Shown here one piece after another: positions 1 to 8,356 of a stretch of 41,795 bases of DNA; the first letter of the stretch is position 1; the number at the start of each line of letters is the position of its first letter. This DNA is from Thermoplasmata archaeon (lineage in GTDB: Archaea; Thermoplasmatota; Thermoplasmata; Lutacidiplasmatales; UBA184): assembly GCA_030037695.1 (NCBI GenBank), contig JASHQF010000030.1, positions 1 through 41,795 of the forward strand, in the 5' to 3' direction. Made by a program: the position numbers and the translations under genes. Below the pieces are notes generated by a model that was given only the letters and a program-made list of their open reading frames with translations, was not told the origin of the DNA and ran no database searches.

Positions 1-563
1 GTGAGCTTCTCCCCGATCTTCTCCTCGAGGTAGTCGGCCACGGCGCGTCGGTTGCGACCGATCGCGTAGGCCTTCCAGCCGATCGTCGCGCCGCTCGGAT
101 CGAGCTCGACCAGGCCCGGCGTCCGACCCTGGAAGCCACCCAGGAGGAGCGAGACGGCGAACGGGCGGGTCCCGCCGAACTGGGTGTACTGCTGGAGCAG
201 CGTCCCCAGGGCGTGCCCGAGCATCGTGTGGGAGATCGACTCCCCGTAGGTGAGACGGTGGCGCTGGGCCTCGACGCGCAGGAACTCGACCAGGACGCGC
301 GAGTCGGCGATCAGACCGGCCGTGACGCAGCCGAGACCGGTGTCGATCGCGAAGCTCTTCTCGATCGAGCCCGCCTCCGCGAGGGAGCTCACGGGGAGGT
401 TCCGGTACGCGACGAAGACGATCCCGCCGTCGTAGGTGACCGCGACCGCGGTCCCCCCCATCTGGATCGCCTGCAGGGCGTACTCGACCTGGAACAGCCG
501 CCCGTCGGGGGAAAAGACGGTGCTCGCCCGATCGTACGCCATCTGGCCGGGTTGCATCTCCAT
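1..563 (-). CDS. psmA: Proteasome subunit alpha (partial; C-terminus runs off the window start)
   Basis: Not in the ORF track because it is open at the edge. My reverse-strand translation from ATG (561-563) gives MEMQPGQMAYDRASTVFSPDGRLFQVEYALQAIQMGGTAVAV... The YDR..T.FSP.GRL.QVEYA motif is the signature N-terminus of 20S alpha subunits. Confidence 0.9.
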   Translation of the reverse strand, partial: MEMQPGQMAYDRASTVFSPDGRLFQVEYALQAIQMGGTAVAVTYDGGIVFVAYRNLPVSSLAEAGSIEKSFAIDTGLGCVTAGLIADSRVLVEFLRVEAQRHRLTYGESISHTMLGHALGTLLQQYTQFGGTRPFAVSLLLGGFQGRTPGLVELDPSGATIGWKAYAIGRNRRAVADYLEEKIGEKL

Positions 564-729
564 CGCGATTCGCCTCTCGGACGGCGGCGGCCAGCCGGGC
601 GGGGGATTTGAGGCTACGCCCCGGGCGTGACCCTCACCTCACGTGGTGGCGTCCGGCCACCGTGGCGGACCCGGTCCGGGGTCCCCGAAACGCTTAGAGG
701 TCGAGAGGACGGATACGGGGCTCCGAACG

Positions 730-1869
730 ATGGACGTCCGGGACCTCCACCCGTTGCCGATGGCGTCGAGCTACCGCGGCCAGCTCTCGCCCGCGTGCAC
801 GCAGTGCGCCGAGGGGCGCAAGCTCGTGCTGTTCGTCACGGGCCTCTGCCGGTTCCGTTGCTTTTACTGCCCCGTCTCGCCCGCACGCAACCAGATCGAC
901 GTCGTCTACGCGAACGAGCGGCGGGTCCTGGCGGACGACGACGTGCTGGACGAGGCCCGGGCGATCGGGGCCGGCGGGACCGGGATCACCGGCGGCGACC
1001 CGCTCGGGGTCGTCGACCGGGTCGAGCACTACGTCCGCCTGCTCAAGGGGGCGTTCGGGCCCGAGCACGATATCCACCTCTACACGCACGAACCCCACCC
1101 CGCGAAGCTCGAGCGCCTGGCTCGCGCGGGGTTGGACGAGGTGCGCCTGCACATCCCGCACTACCTGTGGGGCCCCCTCTCGGGCGGGGGCGGCGCGTAC
1201 CGGGACATCCTCGTGCGCGCGCCGACCTGGGGGCTCCGGCGCGGGGTCGAGATCCCCGTGATCCCCGGGAAAGAGCGGGAGCTGCGTCGGCTGCTCCGGG
1301 CCCTGGAAGCGCTCCGCATCGATTTCGTGAACCTGAACGAGCTCGAGTTCTCCGAGACGAACGAGCAGCTGCTCCGGGAGCGCGGGTTCCGGCAGGACCC
1401 CCGCAACGGCTGGGGGGTCGTCGGCAGCCGCGCGATCGCCGAGCGGATCGTGGGCGAGATGCGTCTGTCCGTGCCGGTCCACTACTGTTCCTCCCGCTTC
1501 AAGGACGGCGTCCAGCTGCGGGAGCGCCTCCTCCGGCGCGCCGAGCGGACCGCACCGTCGTTCGCCGAGAGGACCACGGACGGCACGGTGCGCCTCGGGG
1601 TCATCGAGGCGGGCGATACGACGGATCTCGCGGGTTGGGCCGACGGGATGGTGCGGCGCGCGGGGCTCCGACCCGGAAGCTACCGTCTGGTCCCCGGCCG
1701 CGCGCGCCTCGAGCTCGCGCCGGGCCTCTTGCGGCGGGTGGCGCGGCGGGTCCCCGCACCGGCGTTCGAGGTCGAGGAGTACCCTACGGCGGACGCCCTC
1801 GAGGTCGAGCGGGAGCCGCTCAATGCCCGGGCGCGATCCCAGGCCTCGGCGTCGGTCGGCGGGGTGTAA
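730..1869 (+). CDS. Radical SAM protein (pyruvate formate-lyase-activase-related, function unknown)
   Basis: Track ORF 643-1869. I prefer the internal ATG at 730 (MDVRDLHPL...). It has the CxxxCxxC cluster motif CRFRCFYC followed by a glycine-rich GGTGITGGDP block typical of radical SAM enzymes. Confidence 0.8.
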   Translation: MDVRDLHPLPMASSYRGQLSPACTQCAEGRKLVLFVTGLCRFRCFYCPVSPARNQIDVVYANERRVLADDDVLDEARAIGAGGTGITGGDPLGVVDRVEHYVRLLKGAFGPEHDIHLYTHEPHPAKLERLARAGLDEVRLHIPHYLWGPLSGGGGAYRDILVRAPTWGLRRGVEIPVIPGKERELRRLLRALEALRIDFVNLNELEFSETNEQLLRERGFRQDPRNGWGVVGSRAIAERIVGEMRLSVPVHYCSSRFKDGVQLRERLLRRAERTAPSFAERTTDGTVRLGVIEAGDTTDLAGWADGMVRRAGLRPGSYRLVPGRARLELAPGLLRRVARRVPAPAFEVEEYPTADALEVEREPLNARARSQASASVGGV

Positions 1870-2045
1870 TCCTCGTCGCAGGCGTGCCCACCCCAGGTGA
1901 GGTAGCGCTCGTCCCCGCGCTGGTGCTTGATCGAGCACGGTCCCCAGCCGTCGTCCTCGGCACCGTACCAGAGCGGGCAGTCCCGGCACCGCAGCGGGGC
2001 CGGCAACGACCCGGAGGCGGGCCGTGCCCTCCCGGCGCGGCTCAC
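1680..2045 (-). CDS. Small Cys/His-rich protein, translationally coupled to folD (hypothetical)
   Basis: GTG at 2045-2043 overlaps the folD stop (GTGA). It encodes ...LRCRDCPLWYGAEDDGWGPCSIKHQRGDERYLTWGGHACDEDY... In 1872-1920 my hand count finds G/C at 16 of 17 third positions of this frame, and the same-phase + frame is closed by stops at 1867 and 1903. The 3' third overlaps the radical SAM gene convergently, so the true end is uncertain. Confidence 0.4.
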   Translation of the reverse strand: MSRAGRARPASGSLPAPLRCRDCPLWYGAEDDGWGPCSIKHQRGDERYLTWGGHACDEDYTPPTDAEAWDRARALSGSRSTSRASAVGYSSTSNAGAGTRRATRRKRPGASSRRARPGTRR

Positions 2046-2935
2046 GCGGCCTCCTCGCCCCGCACCAAGGTCCGCCAGGCGCGGGCGACGTTGGACATCA
2101 GTTCGGCGACCGTGACGGGGCCCACGCCCCCCGGCACGGGGGTCAGCGAGCCGGCCCACCCCTCGAGCGCCTCGGGGTCGGCGTCGCCCGCGGCCCGGAG
2201 CGATCCCGGCCGCTCCGGATCCGGCACGCTCGCGAGGCCCACATCGACGACGTGCGTCCCTTGCGGTACGTTCCCCCGGTGGAGGAGGCCCGGTTGGCCG
2301 ACGCAGGAGAACACGGTGGCCGCCCCCGCGAGCGCCGCCCTGAGGTCCCGGGTCTTGGAGTGGACGACGGTGACCGTCGCGTTCCCCCCCGGCGGGCGCT
2401 CGGCGAGAAGGAGGGCGAGGGGGAGTCCCACCGTCTCGGACCGACCGAGCACCACGACCCTCTCCCCGTCGAGGGGAAGGCGGTAGTGCTGGGCGATCGC
2501 GAAGGCGGCGCGGGCCACGGCCGGCACCTGGACCGGACGCTGGGCGACCAACCGACCGAGGTTGCGCGTGCCGACGCCGTCCACGTCCTTGCTCGGGCGA
2601 AGCTCGTCGACGGCGCGGAGGAAGTCGTACGGGGGTGGGAGGGGATGCTCGAGGAGGACGCCGTGCACGGAGGGGTCACGGTCCAGGGAGCGCACGCGCG
2701 CGACGAGCTCGGTGGGGCCGTCGCTCGGCGCGAGCGACTCTTCGCGGAACGCGATCCCGAGCGCCGCGGCCGCTCGAGCTTGGCGCCGCAGGTACATCCG
2801 GAATGGGCTCGGCACGCCTCGGTGGAGGCTCACGAGCGACGGCGCGGGGGCGCCCGTGCGCTCGGCCGCAAGGACGGTCCGGGTCTCCCGGTCGATCGCC
2901 TCCGCGACCGGCTTACCGTCGAGTCGAACGGTCAT
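2042..2935 (-). CDS. folD: Bifunctional methylenetetrahydrofolate dehydrogenase/cyclohydrolase FolD
   Basis: Track ORF 2042-3064. I prefer the internal ATG at 2935 (MTVRLDGKPVAEAI..., the canonical FolD N-terminus). FolD-like blocks include VLLEHPLP, DVDG, VVVLGRSETVGLPLALLL and PVPGGVGPVTVA. Confidence 0.9.
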   Translation of the reverse strand: MTVRLDGKPVAEAIDRETRTVLAAERTGAPAPSLVSLHRGVPSPFRMYLRRQARAAAALGIAFREESLAPSDGPTELVARVRSLDRDPSVHGVLLEHPLPPPYDFLRAVDELRPSKDVDGVGTRNLGRLVAQRPVQVPAVARAAFAIAQHYRLPLDGERVVVLGRSETVGLPLALLLAERPPGGNATVTVVHSKTRDLRAALAGAATVFSCVGQPGLLHRGNVPQGTHVVDVGLASVPDPERPGSLRAAGDADPEALEGWAGSLTPVPGGVGPVTVAELMSNVARAWRTLVRGEEAA

Positions 2936-2961
2936 CGAACGCGCCCGCCGAGCCCGGCGGC

Positions 2962-2969
2962 TTAGATAA
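2962..2969 (-). promoter_or_regulatory. TATA-like box (TTATCTAA on the minus strand) about 30 nt upstream of the folD ATG
   Basis: An isolated A/T-rich octamer in a GC-rich background. Its centre is about 30 nt from ATG 2935, which implies a leaderless or very short-leader transcript. Confidence 0.35.
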
Positions 2970-3063
2970 CGGGCCGCCGACGCCGGGGCCACCCCGCGAC
3001 GGCGGACGCCGCGCGGACCGTTCCCGAGCGCGCCAGCCGGTGGCGTTTTCGCCGCTAGGAGCA

Positions 3064-3069
3064 TTTATA
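3064..3069 (+). promoter_or_regulatory. TATA box (TTTATA) upstream of lonB
   Basis: TTTATA lies about 60 nt upstream of ATG 3129. A purine-rich GAGGGACCGAGAGG stretch lies just before the start. Confidence 0.4.
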
Positions 3070-3128
3070 CCGCCAACCGTTAGAATTGGACAGGCCGAAC
3101 GGGATCCTCGAGGGACCGAGAGGCCACC

Positions 3129-5138
3129 ATGGCAGAGGGAGCGGGCACCGCATCTCAAGAAACCCGAGATACCCCGCCGCCCGCCGAGCTCGAGGCTTGG
3201 GCGAAGTCGCTCCCGCACGACTCCACGGCGGACGTCCCGGTGCCGCCCCGGCTGCTCGACCAGGTGATCGGCCAGGACGACGCGGTCGAGGTCGCCCGGA
3301 AGGCGGCGACCCAGAAGCGCCACATGATGCTGATCGGCGAGCCCGGGACCGGCAAGAGCATGCTCGCCCGGGCGATGGTCGACTTCCTGCCTCGCGAGCA
3401 GCTCCAGGACATCCTCGCCTACCCGAACGGGGAGGACCCGAACGAGCCGAAGATCCGGGTCGTCCCGGCGGGCAAGGGCAAGGAGATCGTCGCCGCCCAG
3501 AAGCTCGAGGCGGCCCAGAAGAAGGAGCAGCGGACGATCCTGTTCGTCGCCTTGTCGCTCGCGGTGTTCGCGGTCGTGCTCTACATCGTGCTCAAGACGG
3601 GGGACCTCACCGCCCTGCTGCTCGGGGTGCTGATCGTCGTCTTCATCTACGCCCTCGCGCGGTTCTCGGGCGGGCGGTCCGACGCGGGCAACGGGGTGGC
3701 GAAGCTCCTCGTTTCCCATTCGCCCGAGGAGAAGCCGCCGTTCATCGACGCCACCGGCGCCCACGCCGGGGCCCTCCTCGGCGACGTGAAGCACGATCCG
3801 TTCCAGTCGGGCGGTCTCGAGACCCCGCCCCACGATCGTGTCGAGGTCGGCGCGATCCACAAGGCGAACGGCGGCGTGCTGTTCATCGACGAGATCAACC
3901 TGCTCAAGATCGAGAGCCAGCACTCGCTGCTCACGGCGCTCCAGGAGCGGAAGTTCCCGATCGTGGGGCAGTCGGAGCGCTCGGCCGGGGCGATGGTGAA
4001 GACCGAGCCGGTCCCGAGCGATTTCGTCCTCGTCGCCGCGGGGAACGTCGACAGCGTCCAGGCGATGCACCCGGCGCTGCGCTCGCGGATCCGCGGCTAC
4101 GGCTACGAGCTCTACGTCAAGACGACGATGCCCGACCTCCCTGAGAACCGGGAGAAGCTCGTTCGGTTCATCGCGCAGGAGGTCCACAAGGACCGCAAGA
4201 TCCCCCACTTCGACCGCGGCGCCATCCTGGAGATCCTCCGGGAGGCCCAGCGGCGGAGCGGCCGCTCCGGCCAGCTGACGCTGCGCCTGCGCGAGCTCGG
4301 GGGCCTGGTCCGCGTCGCCGGGGACATCGCGCTCGCCGACGGGGTGCCGGTCGTCCACGCCGAGCAGGTGGTGAAGGCGAAGAAGGCGAGCCGCTCGCTC
4401 GAGCAGCAGATCGCCGACCGGTACATCGAGCGCCGCAAGGAGTACCGGATGTTCTCGACCGAGGGGGCGGCCGTCGGGGTCGTGAACGGCCTCGCGGCGA
4501 TCAACGCGCAGACGGGGATGGCGGAGTTCTCCGGGATCGTGCTCCCGATCGTCGCGGAGGTCACGCCGGCCCAGACCCGCGACGGCGGGGTCGTCGTCGC
4601 GACGGGCAAGCTCGGCGAGATCGCCCGCGAGGCGGTCCAGAACGTGAGCGCCCTCATCAAGAAGTACACGGGCGAGGACATCTCGCGCTACGACATCCAC
4701 ATCCAGTTCGTCGGGACCTCCGACGGCGTCGAGGGGGACAGCGCGTCGGTCTCGATCGCCACCGCCGTGATCAGCGCCCTCGAAGGGGTGCCGGTCGACC
4801 AGTCGGTCGCGATGACCGGTTCGCTCAGCGTCCGGGGCCAGGTCCTGCCGGTCGGCGGCGTCACGGCGAAGGTCGAGGCGGCCGCGGACTCGGGGATCCG
4901 CCGGGTCCTCGTGCCCGCGGACAACGTCGAGGACCTCGTCCTGGAGACCCGCTACCGCGACCAGGTCGAGGTGATCCCCGTCCGGACGCTCCGCGATGTC
5001 CTCACCCACGCGCTCGTCGGCCAGGGAGCGAAGAAGGAGTCGCTCCTGGGACGCCTCGCGGCGATGGTCCACGCGACCAGCCGCACGGGGGAGGAGCTGC
5101 CCCCGCCCGCCCCGACCGGCCGGCCCGCGGGATCGTGA
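3129..5138 (+). CDS. lonB: Archaeal membrane-bound ATP-dependent Lon protease (LonB type)
   Basis: Walker [12 protein letters not shown] two-helix hydrophobic insertion ([19 protein letters not shown]...[14 protein letters not shown]) sits inside the AAA+ module, as in archaeal LonB. The C-terminal Lon proteolytic domain has [16 protein letters not shown] and a downstream Lys. Confidence 0.95.
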   Translation: MAEGAGTASQETRDTPPPAELEAWAKSLPHDSTADVPVPPRLLDQVIGQDDAVEVARKAATQKRHMMLIGEPGTGKSMLARAMVDFLPREQLQDILAYPNGEDPNEPKIRVVPAGKGKEIVAAQKLEAAQKKEQRTILFVALSLAVFAVVLYIVLKTGDLTALLLGVLIVVFIYALARFSGGRSDAGNGVAKLLVSHSPEEKPPFIDATGAHAGALLGDVKHDPFQSGGLETPPHDRVEVGAIHKANGGVLFIDEINLLKIESQHSLLTALQERKFPIVGQSERSAGAMVKTEPVPSDFVLVAAGNVDSVQAMHPALRSRIRGYGYELYVKTTMPDLPENREKLVRFIAQEVHKDRKIPHFDRGAILEILREAQRRSGRSGQLTLRLRELGGLVRVAGDIALADGVPVVHAEQVVKAKKASRSLEQQIADRYIERRKEYRMFSTEGAAVGVVNGLAAINAQTGMAEFSGIVLPIVAEVTPAQTRDGGVVVATGKLGEIAREAVQNVSALIKKYTGEDISRYDIHIQFVGTSDGVEGDSASVSIATAVISALEGVPVDQSVAMTGSLSVRGQVLPVGGVTAKVEAAADSGIRRVLVPADNVEDLVLETRYRDQVEVIPVRTLRDVLTHALVGQGAKKESLLGRLAAMVHATSRTGEELPPPAPTGRPAGS

Positions 5139-5371
5139 AGGGGCCGTACCGCATCCCGCCGCACGCGGCGGGCCCGTCGCGCCCCGCCGGGGCCGCGGAG
5201 GCCGAGCCGGACGACCGGAAGTTCTTCGACCGCCCGTGCTACGAGTTCAACCGCTCGCTCCGGCCGACGGCGAACGACCGGTACTGCGAGCACTGCCGCC
5301 ACTACCTCACGGCGCGGTGCCCGCACATCGACGAGTTCCTGGACGACGTGGAGGATTTGACCCCGGAGTGA
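5135..5371 (+). CDS. Small Cys/His-rich protein (78 aa), hypothetical
   Basis: The GTG start overlaps the lonB stop (GTGA), and its own stop overlaps the nadM GTG (GTGA). Nearly every codon ends in G/C with real-gene codon choices (AAG, TTC, GAC, TAC). Motif CYEF-x13[14 protein letters not shown], followed by an acidic tail [13 protein letters not shown]. Confidence 0.6.
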   Translation: MKGPYRIPPHAAGPSRPAGAAEAEPDDRKFFDRPCYEFNRSLRPTANDRYCEHCRHYLTARCPHIDEFLDDVEDLTPE

Positions 5372-5922
5372 TATCGCGGGTCGTGCGGGGGCTGCTCGTC
5401 GGCCGCTTCCAGCCGTTCCACCGCGGCCACCTCGAGGTCGCCCGTCGCGTGCGCTCGGAGCGACCCGACGCGCCCCTCCTCCTCGGGATCGGGAGCGCGG
5501 AGCAGTCGTACACCTGGGAGAATCCGTTCACCGCGGGGGAGCGGTTCGAGATGATCGAGCGTGCCGTGGACGAGGCCCACCTCGGTCGGATCGAGATCGT
5601 CCCGATCCCCGACATCCAGCGGCATGCCCTCTGGGTCCGCTACCTCGAAGGGCTCCTCCCGCCGTTCGACCGGGTCTACGCCAACAATCCTTTGACGACC
5701 GCCCTGTTCGAGCGGGCGGGGTACGCCGTGGAGCACCCCGCGCTCGTCGAGCGCGACCGCTACGAGGGGGCGAAGATTCGCGGCCAGCTCGCGGACGACC
5801 GGGGCTGGCGGGAGGCGGTGCCGCCCGCGGTCGCCCACCACTTAGACGAGCTGGGCGCTCCTGGCCGCCTGAGGCTCCTGCGGGCGAGCGGTCCCGCGCC
5901 TTCCCGGCCGACGCCCCCGTGA
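5368..5922 (+). CDS. nadM: Nicotinamide-nucleotide adenylyltransferase (archaeal NadM type)
   Basis: Track ORF 4996-5922. I prefer the GTG at 5368. The N-terminal RGLLVGRFQPFHRGHLEV carries the (H/T)xGH nucleotidyltransferase motif typical of NadM. The sequence upstream of 5368 in this frame is Arg/Pro-rich shadow. Confidence 0.85.
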   Translation: MISRVVRGLLVGRFQPFHRGHLEVARRVRSERPDAPLLLGIGSAEQSYTWENPFTAGERFEMIERAVDEAHLGRIEIVPIPDIQRHALWVRYLEGLLPPFDRVYANNPLTTALFERAGYAVEHPALVERDRYEGAKIRGQLADDRGWREAVPPAVAHHLDELGAPGRLRLLRASGPAPSRPTPP

Positions 5923-7163
5923 GCGACGACCGCGCTCCCGAGGACCGGCGGCGCGAGCGGGCGTTCCGCCCCGTGCCCCCGTGGGCCGGCCCGGCGACGC
6001 GGGCCGTGCACGCGGGGACGTTGCGGGACCGGAACGCGGGGTCGATCGTCCCACCGATCTACCAGACGTCGACGTTCCAGTACCCGGCCCCGTTCTCGGA
6101 GGCCCGGGACGCCGGCGAGGTCCACCTCTACAGTCGGAACGACAACCCGACGGTCGACGGGGCCGCCGAGACCCTGCGCGACCTCGAGGGGGCCGAGGCG
6201 GCGGCGCTGTTCGGCTCGGGCATGGGGGCGATCGCCTCCACGGTCCTCTCGCTCGTTCGGCCGGGCGACGAGCTCGTCGCGCTGACCGACGTCTACGGTG
6301 GAACGACCGACCTCCTCGCCCGTTTCGCCCGCCCGTTCGGGGTGAAGGTCACCGAGCTGTCCGACCTCGAGGCGAGGTCGCCGGAGGCCCACCTCCCCCG
6401 GGCGACCCGCCTCGTGCTGCTCGAGACGCCGACGAACCCGTGCCTGCGCGTGCACGACCTCGCCCGGTGGGCGCAGGCCGCGGACCGAGTCGGGGCGATC
6501 CTCGCCGTCGACAACACGTTCGCCACCCCGATCAACCAGCGGCCGCTCGAGCACGGGGCGGACCTCGTGCTGTACAGTGCGACGAAATACCTCGGGGGGC
6601 ACTCCGATCTCCTGGGCGGGGCGGTGGTGGGGCCGGCGCGCCTCCTCCGGCGCATCGATCCGAAGCGGGTCCTCGGCACGCCCCTCGACCCGTTCGCCGC
6701 GTTCCTCCTGCAGCGGAGCCTCCGGACCCTTCCCCTGCGCGTCGAGCGGGCGAACGAGAGCGGCCGGGTCGTCGCGGAGGCGCTCGCCCGGCATCCGGCC
6801 GTCGCGGCCGTGCACTATCCCGGGAACGGCAGTCCCGAGGAGGAGGCGATCGCCGCGCGCCAGATGCGGGGACGGGGCGGGGTCCTGGGGCTCGTGCTCC
6901 GCGGCGGCCGGGCCGCGGTCGAGCGGTTCCTCCACCACCTCACGATCGTCCAGGTCGCCTCCAGCCTCGGAGGGGTCGAGAGCCTCGCGAGCGTGCCGGT
7001 CGACACGTCCCACCGGCACCTCCGGGGCGACGAGCTCACCCGGCGCGGGATCGACACTGGCCTCGTCCGGCTTGCCCTCGGCCTCGAGGAGACCGAGGAC
7101 CTCCTCCGCGACCTTCGCGAGGCGCTGGAGGCGACCGGGCCCTCCGGCCAGGGGCCGTCCTAG
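5919..7163 (+). CDS. Cys/Met-metabolism PLP-dependent enzyme (cystathionine gamma-synthase / beta-lyase / gamma-lyase family)
   Basis: The GTG start overlaps the nadM stop (GTGA). Family blocks are PPIYQTSTF, FGSGMGAI, DNTFATP and the PLP-lysine motif YSATKYLGGHSD. Confidence 0.85.
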   Translation: MSDDRAPEDRRRERAFRPVPPWAGPATRAVHAGTLRDRNAGSIVPPIYQTSTFQYPAPFSEARDAGEVHLYSRNDNPTVDGAAETLRDLEGAEAAALFGSGMGAIASTVLSLVRPGDELVALTDVYGGTTDLLARFARPFGVKVTELSDLEARSPEAHLPRATRLVLLETPTNPCLRVHDLARWAQAADRVGAILAVDNTFATPINQRPLEHGADLVLYSATKYLGGHSDLLGGAVVGPARLLRRIDPKRVLGTPLDPFAAFLLQRSLRTLPLRVERANESGRVVAEALARHPAVAAVHYPGNGSPEEEAIAARQMRGRGGVLGLVLRGGRAAVERFLHHLTIVQVASSLGGVESLASVPVDTSHRHLRGDELTRRGIDTGLVRLALGLEETEDLLRDLREALEATGPSGQGPS

Positions 7164-7260
7164 CTCCGATTCGGATCGAACTCGCGCCGCTCCCGACGTC
7201 GGCGAGCCCCGCGAGGATCTCGGGACGAATCGTAATCCGCCCGTCGTGTTCACCCCGGAC

Positions 7261-7863
7261 GTGGCGTCCCAGTTCTGCATGGGGTGCGGAGCCCCCCTCC
7301 CCGCGGGGGCGCAGTTCTGCGCGTACTGCGGTCGCTCGGTGCCCGCGTCCGGGGGCGGGAGCGGGGGCACGCCCCTAGCCGCCAGCGCACCGATCGGCCC
7401 CCCCGCGGCGCCTCCTCCGATCCCCGCCCCCGCGAGCGCCGGGCCCCCGCGCCCCCGCCGTCGGGGCCTTCGGATCGTCCTCATCATTCTTCTGATCGTG
7501 GTGGTGGTGATCGCCGCGCTCGCGATCTACGGTTACTACACGACCGTCGACGTGACCACCCTCAACATCTACGCTCCCGACGATGTTTGCGGCCTCAATG
7601 TCTATCTGATCAGCTACTCCGGCTTCAACGCCTCGACCGGTTCGTCGGTCCCCCTCTCGCTCCTCGTACCGAACAACAACACCACGTCCTGCACGCTGCA
7701 CGGGGTGACGACCAATTCGAGCGGCTTCGGCGTCGAGGACGTGCAGCTACCCGGGCCGATCGCTGGGTACACGGGCGGCGTGCAGTCTAACGGGACGCTC
7801 AACCTGACGCTGACGCTCCCGGGGAGCCACTACTCCGGCATCGTGAACCTGATCTTCCACTAG
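7261..7863 (+). CDS. Membrane protein with N-terminal zinc ribbon, one TM helix and a sequon-rich extracellular domain
   Basis: Track ORF 6577-7863. Its upstream part is shadow of the PLP enzyme. A start at GTG 7261 (or 7246) is needed to include the ribbon FCMGCGAPLPAGAQFCAYCG. The TM helix is IVLIILLIVVVVIAALAIYGYY. The ectodomain has many N-x-S/T sites (NAS, NNT, NTT, NSS, NGT, NLT). Confidence 0.65.
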   Translation: MASQFCMGCGAPLPAGAQFCAYCGRSVPASGGGSGGTPLAASAPIGPPAAPPPIPAPASAGPPRPRRRGLRIVLIILLIVVVVIAALAIYGYYTTVDVTTLNIYAPDDVCGLNVYLISYSGFNASTGSSVPLSLLVPNNNTTSCTLHGVTTNSSGFGVEDVQLPGPIAGYTGGVQSNGTLNLTLTLPGSHYSGIVNLIFH

Positions 7864-8118
7864 CGGCGCCCCTCGGGACGACGAGCCAGGTCCGCCCCCC
7901 AGCCGTCGCCTCGCTCCGACCCCCTACCTCGACAGACTGCCGGCGGAAGGTCCCGGGACGCCGCGCGACTCGTCCATCGGACGGCAGAGCCACCCACGAC
8001 GCGCCCGGGGGCGCCCTCTGACGGAAGTCTCCGGGGAGCAAGCGGGCGGGACCTCCGGTCCGTACGAGGAGATCGGACCCGCCGCGATCGGGGCTCTCCC
8101 CGGGGGCGCGAGCCAACC

Positions 8119-8128
8119 TTATGAAAAA
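8119..8128 (+). promoter_or_regulatory. TATA-like box (TTATGAAAAA) for tRNA-Thr
   Basis: This is the only A/T-rich stretch in the region. Its centre is about 27 nt upstream of the tRNA 5' end at 8151. Confidence 0.4.
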
Positions 8129-8150
8129 CGGGGCAAGGGCCCTGGCGGAT

Positions 8151-8223
8151 GCCACTGTAGCTCAGTTGGCAGAGCAGCTGATTCGTAATCAGCAGGTCGG
8201 GGGTTCAAGTCCCTCCAGTGGCT
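8151..8223 (+). tRNA. tRNA-Thr (anticodon CGU)
   Basis: I folded the cloverleaf by hand. Acceptor GCCACTG/CAGTGGC, D arm GCTC-AGTTGGCA-GAGC, anticodon arm GCTGA-TTCGTAA-TCAGC (anticodon CGT), T arm GGGGG-TTCAAGT-CCCTC. No CCA is encoded. Confidence 0.9.
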
Positions 8224-8246
8224 GGCGCGTAAGGGCGCACGGTCCC

Positions 8247-8265
8247 GCGAGCCCTTCGGGCTCGC
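8247..8265. terminator. GC-rich hairpin between the tRNA-Thr 3' end and the 3' end of the convergent surface-protein gene
   Basis: GCGAGCCC-TTC-GGGCTCGC forms a perfect 8-bp stem. Any role in termination is speculative, because archaeal terminators are usually T-tracts. Confidence 0.25.
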
Positions 8266-8356
8266 ACCTAGATCTTCGGCGAAGCTCGAGCCCTGGCTCG
8301 GGTTCGGCCGTCGCCCGTGACTTCGGTCCGAGCCGTGACCCACGCCGGGTCCCCTT

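Noticed and set aside
3325-3340. ATGATGCTGATCGG resembles C box (RUGAUGA) plus D box (CUGA) elements of an archaeal C/D sRNA.
   Set aside because: It lies inside the lonB Walker A region (HMMLIGEPG) and is explained by coding. I saw no matching C'/D' boxes or terminal stem.
2913-5072. 719-aa minus-strand ORF antisense to lonB. Similar very long ORFs occur at 627-2486(+), 694-1989(-), 5760-7487(-), 5981-7378(+), 16920-18614(-), 17174-19036(+), 20878-22296(-), 23511-24980(-), 23552-25657(+), 28681-30228(-), 35797-37233(-), 36384-37787(+) and 39918-41615(+).
   Set aside because: Their translations are Arg/Pro/Gly/Asp-rich low-complexity sequence with no recognisable motifs. Each overlaps a gene with unmistakable family signatures on the other strand or in another frame. 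At this GC content stop codons are rare, and antisense frames that share wobble positions stay open. These are shadow ORFs.
4996-5367. The upstream part of track ORF 4996-5922, which would add 124 aa to NadM.
   Set aside because: It overlaps the lonB 3' end and the well-supported 78-aa ORF. It is Arg/Pro-rich. The NadM family starts right at the GRFQPFH motif region, which GTG 5368 provides.
6577-7245. The upstream part of track ORF 6577-7863.
   Set aside because: It lies inside the PLP-enzyme gene in another frame, with Ser/Arg/Gly-rich shadow composition. The real product starts at the zinc ribbon near 7246-7261.
7864-8118. An approximately 255-nt apparently non-coding stretch upstream of tRNA-Thr. 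I checked it for a small ORF or structured RNA.
   Set aside because: I found only a 17-codon ORF and scattered GC-rich complementarities (for example GGCGCCCC at 7865 with GGGGCGCC at 8006), which are expected by chance at this GC content. Nothing can be supported without covariance data.
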